Assembly: GCA_963745235.1 (NCBI GenBank)
Contig: CAVUXE010000080.1
Span: forward strand, 1 to 20,264
Source: an uncultured Spirochaetota bacterium
Lineage (GTDB): Bacteria; Spirochaetota; Spirochaetia; SZUA-6; Fen-1364
Length of the DNA stretch: 20,264 nt
Direction of reading: 5' to 3'
Positions 9,717 through 18,040 of the stretch are shown here, in pieces. Position 1 is the stretch's first letter. Each line of letters begins with the position of its first letter. The translations under genes and the position numbers were made by a program. The notes beneath the pieces were generated by a model, which saw only the letters and a program-made list of their open reading frames with translations, was not told where the DNA came from and searched no databases.

Positions 9717-10487
9717 ATGAAGAAGATGCATCGTGCTTCGTTGTTGCTTGCCGCCCTCGTCCTCCTGGGGGGCGCATCCGGCTTGTATGCCGCGTCTCCC
9801 GAAGAGCTCCTGGCGCAGGTAGACGCCAGGCGGTACGTGCCGGACCTCAGCTTTGTCATGAGGATGACCTCGTTCGACGGTGACAGACAGGTGGACTCGA
9901 ACACCCTGTGGGGATTCGTGAAAGGTACCGGCACCGAGAACAGGAGCCTGATCGCTTTCGCCGACCCGGCGTCGGTCAAGGGTCGCAAGATGCTGATGGA
10001 TGGCAACATCGTCTATCTCCTGTTCCCCAAGACCACGAACCCCATCAGGCTTTCCCCGCTCCAGGTCCTCCTGGGACAGGCCTCCAACGGAGACGTGGTG
10101 AGAACGGGGTTTGCCCAGGACTATGATGTTGCATCCCTGGCGGAGACCGACCGCGAGGGAGTGCACTGCTACCAGTTCACGCTGGCGGTCAAGGAGGACC
10201 GAAAAGACGCCTCGTATCGCAAGATCGTGCTGTGGGTGGAAAAGGAAACCCTGCGGCCGGTGTATGCGGAGTTCTCGACGGGGGACAAGCTGCTCAAGCA
10301 GGCCACCTACAAGGACTACCGCGCGGCCATGGGCAAGGACATTCCCTTTGCTGTGGACATCCGTGACGGGGATAACCCGCAGAAGCACACGATCATGGAG
10401 TACGTGAAAGTCGGGCAGAAGGCTGTTCCTGATACGGTGTTCCGCCGCGACTACCTCCCGTCCTGGGTCCCGGAGCTGCCCAGATGA
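9717..10487 (+). CDS. Periplasmic LolA-like ('outer membrane lipoprotein-sorting') protein
   Basis: Sec signal peptide (..GLYA|ASPEELL). Pattern 'FADPASVKGRKMLM...PIRLSPLQVLLGQASNGD', 'YRKIVLWVEKET', 'KLLK' is typical of LolA_like proteins. AGGAG RBS. Confidence 0.8.
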   Translation: MKKMHRASLLLAALVLLGGASGLYAASPEELLAQVDARRYVPDLSFVMRMTSFDGDRQVDSNTLWGFVKGTGTENRSLIAFADPASVKGRKMLMDGNIVYLLFPKTTNPIRLSPLQVLLGQASNGDVVRTGFAQDYDVASLAETDREGVHCYQFTLAVKEDRKDASYRKIVLWVEKETLRPVYAEFSTGDKLLKQATYKDYRAAMGKDIPFAVDIRDGDNPQKHTIMEYVKVGQKAVPDTVFRRDYLPSWVPELPR

Positions 10488-11782
10488 AGAGGATTCTCCT
10501 GCCGGGCCTCCTGCTGGGCGTGCTCATCGGCGTGGCGAGCCGGCCGAGCGCCCTCTGGGCCTGGGATGCCCAGGCCCTCCTGGACGTCCTGCCAACCGCC
10601 GCGCTCGTGCAGCAGACTCCTCCCTTCGGGCCGTGGATGCAGACAGAGACCACCGAGCTGACCCTGCAGGGGGCGCTTTCGCACACCCAGCCCATCGTGG
10701 AAGGCCTGTCCCTCTCCGGGACGGTCTGGGGAATGGCGGACAGCCTCCCCTCGCAGTCTCCGCTTTCCACGCCGGCCGCGAAGATCGATCTGCAGAGCCG
10801 GGTGCTGGAGATGAAGCTCGTGTGGGAGGCAATCCCGGGGACGCTCATCTGGGATGCCGGCAAGAAGGTGATCCATCCTTCGTCGGGATTCTTCCGCACT
10901 CCACTCAACGTCATCTCTCACGGGCCGCTGGGGAACACGGCAAACCTCACCGGTTCCGCCGTCGGGACCTGGGAGGAAGGCTGGGTGGGCACGGATGTGA
11001 CCCTGCTCGTCGGCAGCCTCAGCATCGCTGACTTCTTTTCCCCCGGCTTGAGGGCGGCGCCGCCGCTGACACGGCCCTGCAGTACCTGAGCACGCCGCAA
11101 CCGGAACTGGCAGGACCTCGCGCGTGTGGACCTGCGGCTGGGTGAGGCGGACGTACGCCTTCTCGGGCTCCTCTCCACGGGCGGACCGGGAAGCGGCGAC
11201 ACCTCGGTTCATGTCACTGCCGGCGCCGGCCTGGATACGAACATCGGGCAGGCGGTCACCGTGCGGGCCGAGGTCTCCGCGGAGAACTCGCAGAACCGCA
11301 TGGTGGTGACGGACAGCCAGCTCGGGACCACGGGGGCGCAGGCGGTGAGCTGGGCGCCGCGCGCGCTGGCCGGATTCACGTGGACCAACGCGAACCAGCT
11401 CTCCGTCATGGCGGAATACTACTACAACGGCGCGGGCTTCATCGGGGACGACTACGCGCGGCTCATCGCGTACTCGCAGAACCTCCGGAACGGCTCGTTC
11501 ACCGGGCCCGACATGCTGGACCAGTTCGGGGACTTCTCCGCGGCGCAGCACTACGGGTTTGCGCGGGTCGCAGGGAAAATCGATGACAAGCTGACGGCGG
11601 CAGGATGGACCACGGTGAACCTCCAGGACTTCTCAGGGCTCACCGGCATCGTCCTCACGCTGAGCTATGACACATGGACGGTGAACGCGTCCCTGATGGA
11701 CGCGTGGGGCAACACGGGAACGGAGGCCGGTCTTTCCCCGCTCCTGTGGAGGGTGGACATGGAGGTCAGCCTGTTCCTGTGA
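10484..11782 (+). CDS. Secreted protein, probable outer-membrane beta-barrel (compensating frameshifts ~11050 and ~11103)
   Basis: Signal peptide, 'WDAGKKVIHPSSGFFRTP', 'AEYYYNGAG', many alternating amphipathic strands, and a C-terminal strand 'WRVDMEVSLFL'. ORFs 10484 and 11126 are in the same frame and are bridged by 'AADTALQYLSTPQ' in another frame. Confidence 0.65.
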
Positions 11783-11783
11783 C

Positions 11784-11811
11784 AGGACGGGAGCCCCGTG
11801 CATCCCGTCCT
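11784..11811 (+). terminator. Stem-loop after the PadR operon (possible terminator)
   Basis: 9-bp stem AGGACGGGA...TCCCGTCCT starting just after the stop at 11782. The pyrimidine-rich tail is only weakly U-rich. Confidence 0.45.
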
Positions 11812-11846
11812 TGCCCGCTTCCCTGATTTCTTCTATACATGGTTTC

Positions 11847-12957
11847 ATGAACCGTGAAGAGAAACCGGCTCCCCCTCTCCCATCCTTCATGGACTACCGG
11901 CCCCGGTCCCTGCTGAAGCGGCCGACGCACGTTCCTGAACGGGCACGGTTTCCCGTGATCGACGCGCACAACCACCTGTTTGCCGACACCCCCGCGCGGG
12001 ACATGCTTGCCGTGATGGACTCCGTGGGAGTCCAGGTGTTCCTCAACCTCACCGGGCAATTGCGCGCTGCCCTTCGACGACAAGGGATACACGCTCAGGC
12101 GCAGGGACGCCGCGGTGTATCGCGCGCAGTGGGTGGACAAGGCGCCCGGGCGCTTCGCGGCATTCACCATGGCGGAGTTCGCGAAGTGGGACGACTTCAC
12201 GGTAGACTTCACCGGGGGATTCACGGAGGCCTGCGTGGCCTGCCTTGAGGAGGAGGTGGAGGGCGGCGCTCTTGGCCTGAAGGTGACCAAGGAGCTCGGG
12301 CTTCGCTTCCACACTCCTGACGGGGAAATGGTGGCGGTGGACGACCGTCGGCTGTATCCCATCTGGCAAAGGGCCGGCCAGCTGGGCGTGCCCGTCCTGA
12401 TCCACACCTCGGATCCGGTGGGCTTCTTTCTTCCCGCGGACCCTGCCAATGAGCATTATCCCACGCTCCTCACCTATCCCGGCTGGGGCTTCCACGGCTC
12501 TCATTTCTCCAAGGAAGCACTGCTGGAGCAGCGCACCAGGATGATGGCAGACCACCCGGGCACCACGTTCATCTGCCCGCATGTCGCCAACATGCCGGAG
12601 GACCTGGAGTGGGTCTCCAGCCTGCTCGAGAGGCTCCCCAATGTCTGCATCGATTTTTCCGCCCGCATGGACGAGCTGGGGCGGCAGCCCTATTCGGCCC
12701 GTGATTTCCTCATCCGCTGGCAGGACAGGGTGCTGTTCGGCGCGGACATGCCGATCTCCCCGCCCATGTACAGAAGCTACTTCCGGTTCCTGGAGACCTG
12801 GGACGAGTACTTCGATTACCCCGGCTACGCCGGGGAAAGCACGAGCTTTCCGCGGTGGAGGATCTGCGGCATCGGGCTGCCGGATGGCGTTCTGGAGAAG
12901 ATCTACCGGAAGAACGCTCTTCGCGTCATCCCCGGCCTGCAGGAGGTTGTGAGATGA
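11847..12957 (+). CDS. Amidohydrolase_2-family metal-dependent hydrolase (one +1 frameshift ~12054-12056)
   Basis: 'PVIDAHNH' (HxH), 'GALGLKV', 'PVLIHTSDP', 'FICPHVAN', 'DRVLFGAD', 'EKIYRKNALR'. Removing one G from ACCGGGCAAT joins ORFs 11811 and 12115. The start could alternatively be 11889. Confidence 0.85.
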
Positions 12958-13847
12958 GCGGCATGGACAGGCGCCGGCTCTACGAGTGGTGCAGGATCCC
13001 CGTGGCTGAGCTTCCCCGTCACCCCGCCCTGCGGGTGCCTTTTCGGCTGGTCAAGGATTCGTCAGCCATGGGGAGCCTGATGGCGCGGGAGCTGGTGGCG
13101 GAGATCGAAGCCGCAAACGAGCGCGGGGAGGAGCTTCGCGCCGTGATTCCTTGCGGACCCAGCTCCTGGTACAAGCCGTTCACGGACCTCGTGAACGCCC
13201 GCCGCGTCTCGCTTCGCCGGTTCATCGTCTTCCACATGGACGAGTGCCTGGACTGGCAGGGCGGCGAGCTTCCGCGCCTGCACCCGTACAGCTTCCGCGG
13301 GTTCATGGAGCGGCACTTCTACGACCCCGTCCATCCCGAGCTCTCGGTGCCGGAGGAGAACCGTCACTGGCTTTCCCCCGCAACCATGGAGCACGTGCGT
13401 GCGGCAATTGCCGCTTCCCCGGTGCATCTCACCTATGGAGGCTGGGGCCAGGATGGCCATGTCGCCTACAACCAGTCCCGCCGGCATCCCTACAGCTCCA
13501 TCACGCTGGAAGACCTTCGCGCATCCTCTGTTCGGATCCAGGAGAACAACTGGGACACGATCATTGCCCTTGCCCAGCGGACCTTCGGCGCGGCCTGGCA
13601 GTTCGTCCCTCCCATGTCGGTGACACTCGGCATGAAGGAGTGCCTGTCCGCGGCGAAGGTCAGGCTCTTCTCCGACACCGGCGCCTGGAAGCAGACCGCT
13701 CTCCGCGTTGCCCTGTTCTCCGAGCCCACCCCGGAGTACCCCATGACTCTGCTCCACGAGCACCCTGACGCCCTGATCACGGCAACGGAGGAAACGGCGA
13801 CTCACCCGATCAGTCTCCATCCGGAGTGGGACCTCGGCGTCCTTTAG
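12954..13847 (+). CDS. NagB/glucosamine-6-phosphate deaminase-like sugar-phosphate isomerase/deaminase
   Basis: 'IPCGP' loop, 'FHMDEC' (cf. NagB FNMDEY), 'GGWGQDGHVAYNQ' (cf. GGVGNDGHIAFNEP), 'TLGMKECLSA', 'YPMTLLHEHPD'. ATG at 12954 overlaps the previous TGA; AGGAGG RBS. Confidence 0.8.
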   Translation: MSGMDRRRLYEWCRIPVAELPRHPALRVPFRLVKDSSAMGSLMARELVAEIEAANERGEELRAVIPCGPSSWYKPFTDLVNARRVSLRRFIVFHMDECLDWQGGELPRLHPYSFRGFMERHFYDPVHPELSVPEENRHWLSPATMEHVRAAIAASPVHLTYGGWGQDGHVAYNQSRRHPYSSITLEDLRASSVRIQENNWDTIIALAQRTFGAAWQFVPPMSVTLGMKECLSAAKVRLFSDTGAWKQTALRVALFSEPTPEYPMTLLHEHPDALITATEETATHPISLHPEWDLGVL

Positions 13848-13849
13848 CC

Positions 13850-14899
13850 GTGAAAGGCATTCTCAGGCCTTCTTCTTCTGCCTTTCGCGGGATGGTGGGC
13901 ACCGGCGGGATCGGCTCCGGCAGCTTCTTCCAGGTCTCCGGCAACGAGACGCTGGGCAGGGAGGAAAGCAGGGCGGGGCGGTTTCTCGATCGAAGGGACT
14001 TCTGCAAGCTGCACATCATCAGTCACTACGTGAAGGTCCTCATGGGAGACAATATCAGCGTTTTCCCCGTCGGCCGGGTGGGCAACGATACCGCGGGCGC
14101 CCGACTTCTTCGGGAAATGGCAGAGGTCGGCATGGACATGCGGTTTGCTCGAACGCTTGACGGGGTGCCCACGCTGTTCTCCTTCTGCCTTCTCTACCCG
14201 GACGGCTCCGGGGGAAACCTGACAACGGAAGATTCCGCAAGCAGCCGACTCGGACCAGACGATGTCGCCGAGGCGGATGAGGTCATGCAAGGCCTGGGAG
14301 GCCGGGGGATCGCGCTGGCTGCACCGGAAGTGCCGCTTCCCGCCCGGGTTGCTCTTCTACGCGCGGCCTCGCGGCACGGCCTCTTTCGCGCTGCAAGCTT
14401 CACCCGGGCCGAGATGGGGCAGGCAGTGCGGTCGGGATTTTTCGACATTGTGGACCTCCTTGCAGTGAACGCCGGAGAATTGTTCGCCGCAGCCGGGCTG
14501 CCAGAAGGGCCCGCGGACCCCGGAGTGGTCGAGCAGGCAGTTGCCGCCGTCTGCGCGCGTCATCCGCGGCTGATGCTTTCGGTGACGGCGGGCCGGGGTG
14601 GCAGCTGGTCCTGGGATGGGAACGCGCTGCGCTACTGCGCGGCCCGCAAGGTCGAAGCGCTCGGCACGGCCGGCGCCGGAGATGCGCACCTTGCCGGCAT
14701 CCTCTGCGGGCTTGCGAGCGGCCTCGCACTGGCGGCGGCGCAGGAGCTGGGAACAATCCTGGCCGGCGCTTCTGTGCAGTCTCCCGACACCATCAACGGC
14801 CAGATCGACGCGTCCACGCTCCTGGCGGTGCGAGGCGCCGGGGACCCTGTCTCGGCACAGGTTCAGGCGCTCCTTGACAGCGCAATGACTGCCTCATAA
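13850..14899 (+). CDS. PfkB/ribokinase-family carbohydrate kinase
   Basis: 'VGRVGNDTAG', 'AVNAGEL' (NxxE), anion hole 'GTAGAGDAHLAG'. Start uncertain (GTG 13850 or ATG 13892). Confidence 0.85.
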   Translation: MKGILRPSSSAFRGMVGTGGIGSGSFFQVSGNETLGREESRAGRFLDRRDFCKLHIISHYVKVLMGDNISVFPVGRVGNDTAGARLLREMAEVGMDMRFARTLDGVPTLFSFCLLYPDGSGGNLTTEDSASSRLGPDDVAEADEVMQGLGGRGIALAAPEVPLPARVALLRAASRHGLFRAASFTRAEMGQAVRSGFFDIVDLLAVNAGELFAAAGLPEGPADPGVVEQAVAAVCARHPRLMLSVTAGRGGSWSWDGNALRYCAARKVEALGTAGAGDAHLAGILCGLASGLALAAAQELGTILAGASVQSPDTINGQIDASTLLAVRGAGDPVSAQVQALLDSAMTAS

Positions 14900-14951
14900 A
14901 ATCGGCGCAGATGTCCGTGGGACATGCCTTACTTCTTCAAAAGGGGGAGTT

Positions 14952-16179
14952 ATGAAGAAATCCATCCTTTTCCGGCTGGGAGTGGTGATCCTGCTCTTCG
15001 CGCCCATCGTGGTCTGGAGCGCGCCGAAAGCCACCTTCTTCTGGGCCGGCTATGACGGCCTGACTGAGGACTTCCGCGCCAGCCTCGAATCGGCGTTCAA
15101 CGCCCAGTCAACTGACGCGCAGATCCAGATTGTCCCGGTGCCCTGGGACAGCCTGCAGGACAAGCTGAACACGGCAGTTGCCGGCGGCGCTCCCCCCGAC
15201 ATCTCCGTGGTGGGGACCCGGTGGATCCTGGACTACATGTCCACCAACTCCGTGGTGGAAGTGGCTCCCTACGTCAGCAAGGCAACGCTGGACAACATCA
15301 ACCCGGCGGCCATGGAGGCCAAGGTAAAGGGCAAGCTGATGGGTCTTCCCATCGCTGCGGGCGCGCGCATCCTGGCGCTGAATGCCAGCATCACCAAGGA
15401 AGTTCCCAGGACCATGGAGGAACTGGAGCGAGACGCAATCAAGGTTCAATCGCCCGCCGCAGCATTACGGCTTGTTCATGCCGGGCAAGGAGCACACCGA
15501 GCTGACGGATTTCTGCTATTACTTCTACGGCGCAGGCGGCAACTACTTCGAGACGCTGCCTGACGGCTCCTACGGCAAGTGCACGGTCAACTCCGCGGCG
15601 GGGTCAAGGCGCTGACCTTCATGGCCAAGCTGGCGCTGAAGGACAAGGTGGTGGAGGACAACTTCACCACCTATGACCGAATCCACGGCCATCCCCTGTT
15701 CTACGCGGGCAAGATCGGGTACGTCATGATCGGCGCCTGGGTGGACTCCGCCATGAAGCAGGCGGGGGCCACGTTCCCCGTGACCTACGCCGACATCCCC
15801 TCCTTCGCAGGGCAGAAGCAGGCCGGGCTCATCATCACGGACTCCATCGCCTTCTTCACCAAGGCCAAGAACCTGAAGGCGGCGGGCAAGTTCATCGACT
15901 TCTTCTACCAGGACGCAGTGGAAGGGCAAGTTCGACCAGCTCATCGGGTTCCCGCCCGTGACGCTGAGCGCGGCCAAGGATCCGTTCTGGAACACCCCGC
16001 TCTACAAGGCCCTCAACCATGCGGCGCTCACCGCGCGGCCGTGGCCGCTGGTGGACGGGTTCGACACGCTCAACCACGAGACGTGGAAGGCGTGTGAAAA
16101 GGTGTTCCAGGGACAGGCCACTCCGCAGGAGGCCCTCGACGCCGCGGCCGCGGCTGTCGACAAGGCCCGGGGCATGTAA
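14952..16179 (+). CDS. Carbohydrate ABC transporter (CUT1) substrate-binding protein, three apparent frameshifts (~15450, ~15603, ~15918)
   Basis: Signal peptide without lipobox Cys. 'VPWDSLQDKLNTAVAGGAPPDI', 'GKLMGLP', 'PRTMEEL', 'FYAGKIGY', 'TPQEALDAAAA' run across ORFs 14952/15382/15579/15958. GGGGAG RBS. Confidence 0.87.
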
Positions 16180-16198
16180 TTCTTTTGTGATCTTTTTT

Positions 16199-16228
16199 GG
16201 GGGGCGTGCCTGCCCCCCTCTTCTTTTT
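16199..16228 (+). terminator. Intra-operon Rho-independent terminator/stabilising hairpin after the binding-protein gene
   Basis: GGGGGGCG-TGCC-TGCCCCCC followed by TCTTCTTTTT. Confidence 0.65.
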
Positions 16229-16255
16229 CCACCCGTTGTTGCGCAGGGAGGAACC

Positions 16256-17166
16256 GTGGCGGACGACATCCCTCTCACTGAGACAGAGGATCTGGAACCC
16301 CGAGGCGCGTCTTGCCTATGTGCTGCTTCTGCCCACGGTGGTCTTCCTTGCGGCGTTCATGTTCTATCCCATCATCTACGTTTTCGTGATGTCATTCTTC
16401 CGGACCAACAAGCTGAGCGACCTCACGAAGTTCGTGGGGGTGAAGAACTTCATCGACCGGTTCCAGGACACGGAGTTCTGGTGGGCGGCGCTGCGGTCCC
16501 TGATCTGGACCGCCATCGGCGTCAGCTCGAAGTTCCTCCTCGGCATGCTCATCGCGGTGCTGCTGAACGTGAAGTACCGCGGCCGCAAAGTGGCGCGCAT
16601 GGCCTTCATCATCCCGTGGGCATCGTCGGTTCCCATCAGCGCCCTCCTGTGGAAGCTGGGTCTATCACCCTGATTTCGGTCTCCTCAACCGGACACTCTC
16701 TGCCACTGGCATCTGGCCCAATCCGCCGGGGTGGGTTGGCGCCCCGATTCCGGCCTTTGCCGCATCCATGTGGGTGGATGTCTGGATCGGGATCCCCTTC
16801 TTCGCCCTTGTGTTCCTGGCAGGCATGCAGGCCATTCCTCCGGAGCTGTACGAGTCCGCGCACATGGACGGCGCGGGAAGCTGGCGCAGCTTCTTCTCCA
16901 TCACGCTGCCCGGGCTGCGGGAGCTGATCCTGATCTCCACGCTTCTGTCCGCGATCTGGACGTTCAATGACTTCAACGTGATCTACATCCTCACAGGCGC
17001 AGGCCCCGCGAACACCACCAACATCCTCATCACCTCGGTGTACATCAACGCGTTCGTGGAGCGGCGCTTCGACTGGGCGGCCGTGCAGTCCGTGATCACG
17101 TTCGTCATCTTGTCGATCGTCAGCGTGATCTACGCCCGGTTCTATTTCCGGCAGGAGAACGCCTGA
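16256..17166 (+). CDS. Carbohydrate ABC transporter permease (MalF/UgpA-like), frameshifts ~16261 and ~16656
   Basis: GGAGG RBS and GTG at 16256. 'AYVLLLP', 'FVGVKNF', 'IIPW', and EAA loop 'ELYESAHMDGAGSWRSFFSITLP'. Confidence 0.87.
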
Positions 17167-17997
17167 TGCGGTGGCAAAACCGTTCGCGGTGGATCGTGGT
17201 TCCGCTCACGCTCATTATCCTCCTGTTCCTCCTCTTCCCGTTCTTCGTGATGGTCTCCACGATGCTGAAGTCGGGAAAGGATGTGTACACGGTGCCGCCG
17301 CTCTGGATCCCCACCCGGCATCGAGTGGTCCAACTTCATCGACGTGTGGGTCCAGGCGGACCTGGCCCGCTATTTCCTGGCCAGCCTCATCATCGCCCTG
17401 GGCGCCACGGCCCTCAACACGCTGCTCAGCGTCCCTGCTGCCTACGCCGTGGCCCGGCTGCGATTCCCCGGGCGCAAGTTCGCCATGTACCTGCTGCTGA
17501 TGATCGAGATGTTTTCCCCGGTCATCGTGATCATCTCCCTCTTTAAAGTGGTTGCCAGCTTTCACATGCTGGACACCTTCGGTGCGCTGATCATCCTGGA
17601 CGCGCTGTTCACGGTTGCTTTCAACACGTGGATGATGAACGGCTACTTCAAGACCATCCCGAAGGACATCGAGGAGGCGGCTCTCATCGACGGGTGCAAC
17701 CGGGTGCAGACCATGACGCAGATCATGCTGCCTATCGCGGTGCCCGGGCTTGTCACCGTCATGATCTACGCGTTCATCTTCGCGTGGAACGAGTTCCTGT
17801 TCGCGCTCACCATCATGTCGTCGAAGAACAAGATGCCTCTCACGATCGCCTTGTACAACTTCGTAGGCCAGTACAACACGCAGTGGCAGTACCTGACCAT
17901 GGCGGCGTTCCTTGCCCTCATTCCGGTGCTGGTGCTGTTCTACGTGATCGAGAAGAGGCTCGTTGCGGGCCTTGCCGGCGGGGCTGTGAAGGGGTAG
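17166..17997 (+). CDS. Carbohydrate ABC transporter permease (MalG/UgpE-like), frameshift ~17310
   Basis: 'LFPFFVMVSTMLK', 'AAYAVARLRFPG', EAA loop 'IEEAALIDGCNR', 'FAWNEFLFAL', 'GLAGGAVKG'. Confidence 0.9.
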
Positions 17998-18040
17998 GGG
18001 CTGACGCGGCTGTCCACGAACCGCGTCCCACGTCGCGGCC

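Noticed and set aside
6522-10487. Assigning canonical lolD/lolC/lolE/lolA or macB gene symbols
   Set aside because: The similarity is family-level only, and the operon context (PadR, barrel, no MacA/TolC) differs from the canonical systems.
12954-13847. Calling this gene nagB
   Set aside because: Key motifs diverge (NEP to NQS, TGGT to CGPS), so orthology is unsupported.
18003-18027. GACGCGG-N11-CCGCGTC hairpin between the convergent permease and phosphoesterase genes
   Set aside because: It has a 7-bp stem, a large loop and no U-tract on either strand. It may be a terminator but cannot be supported.
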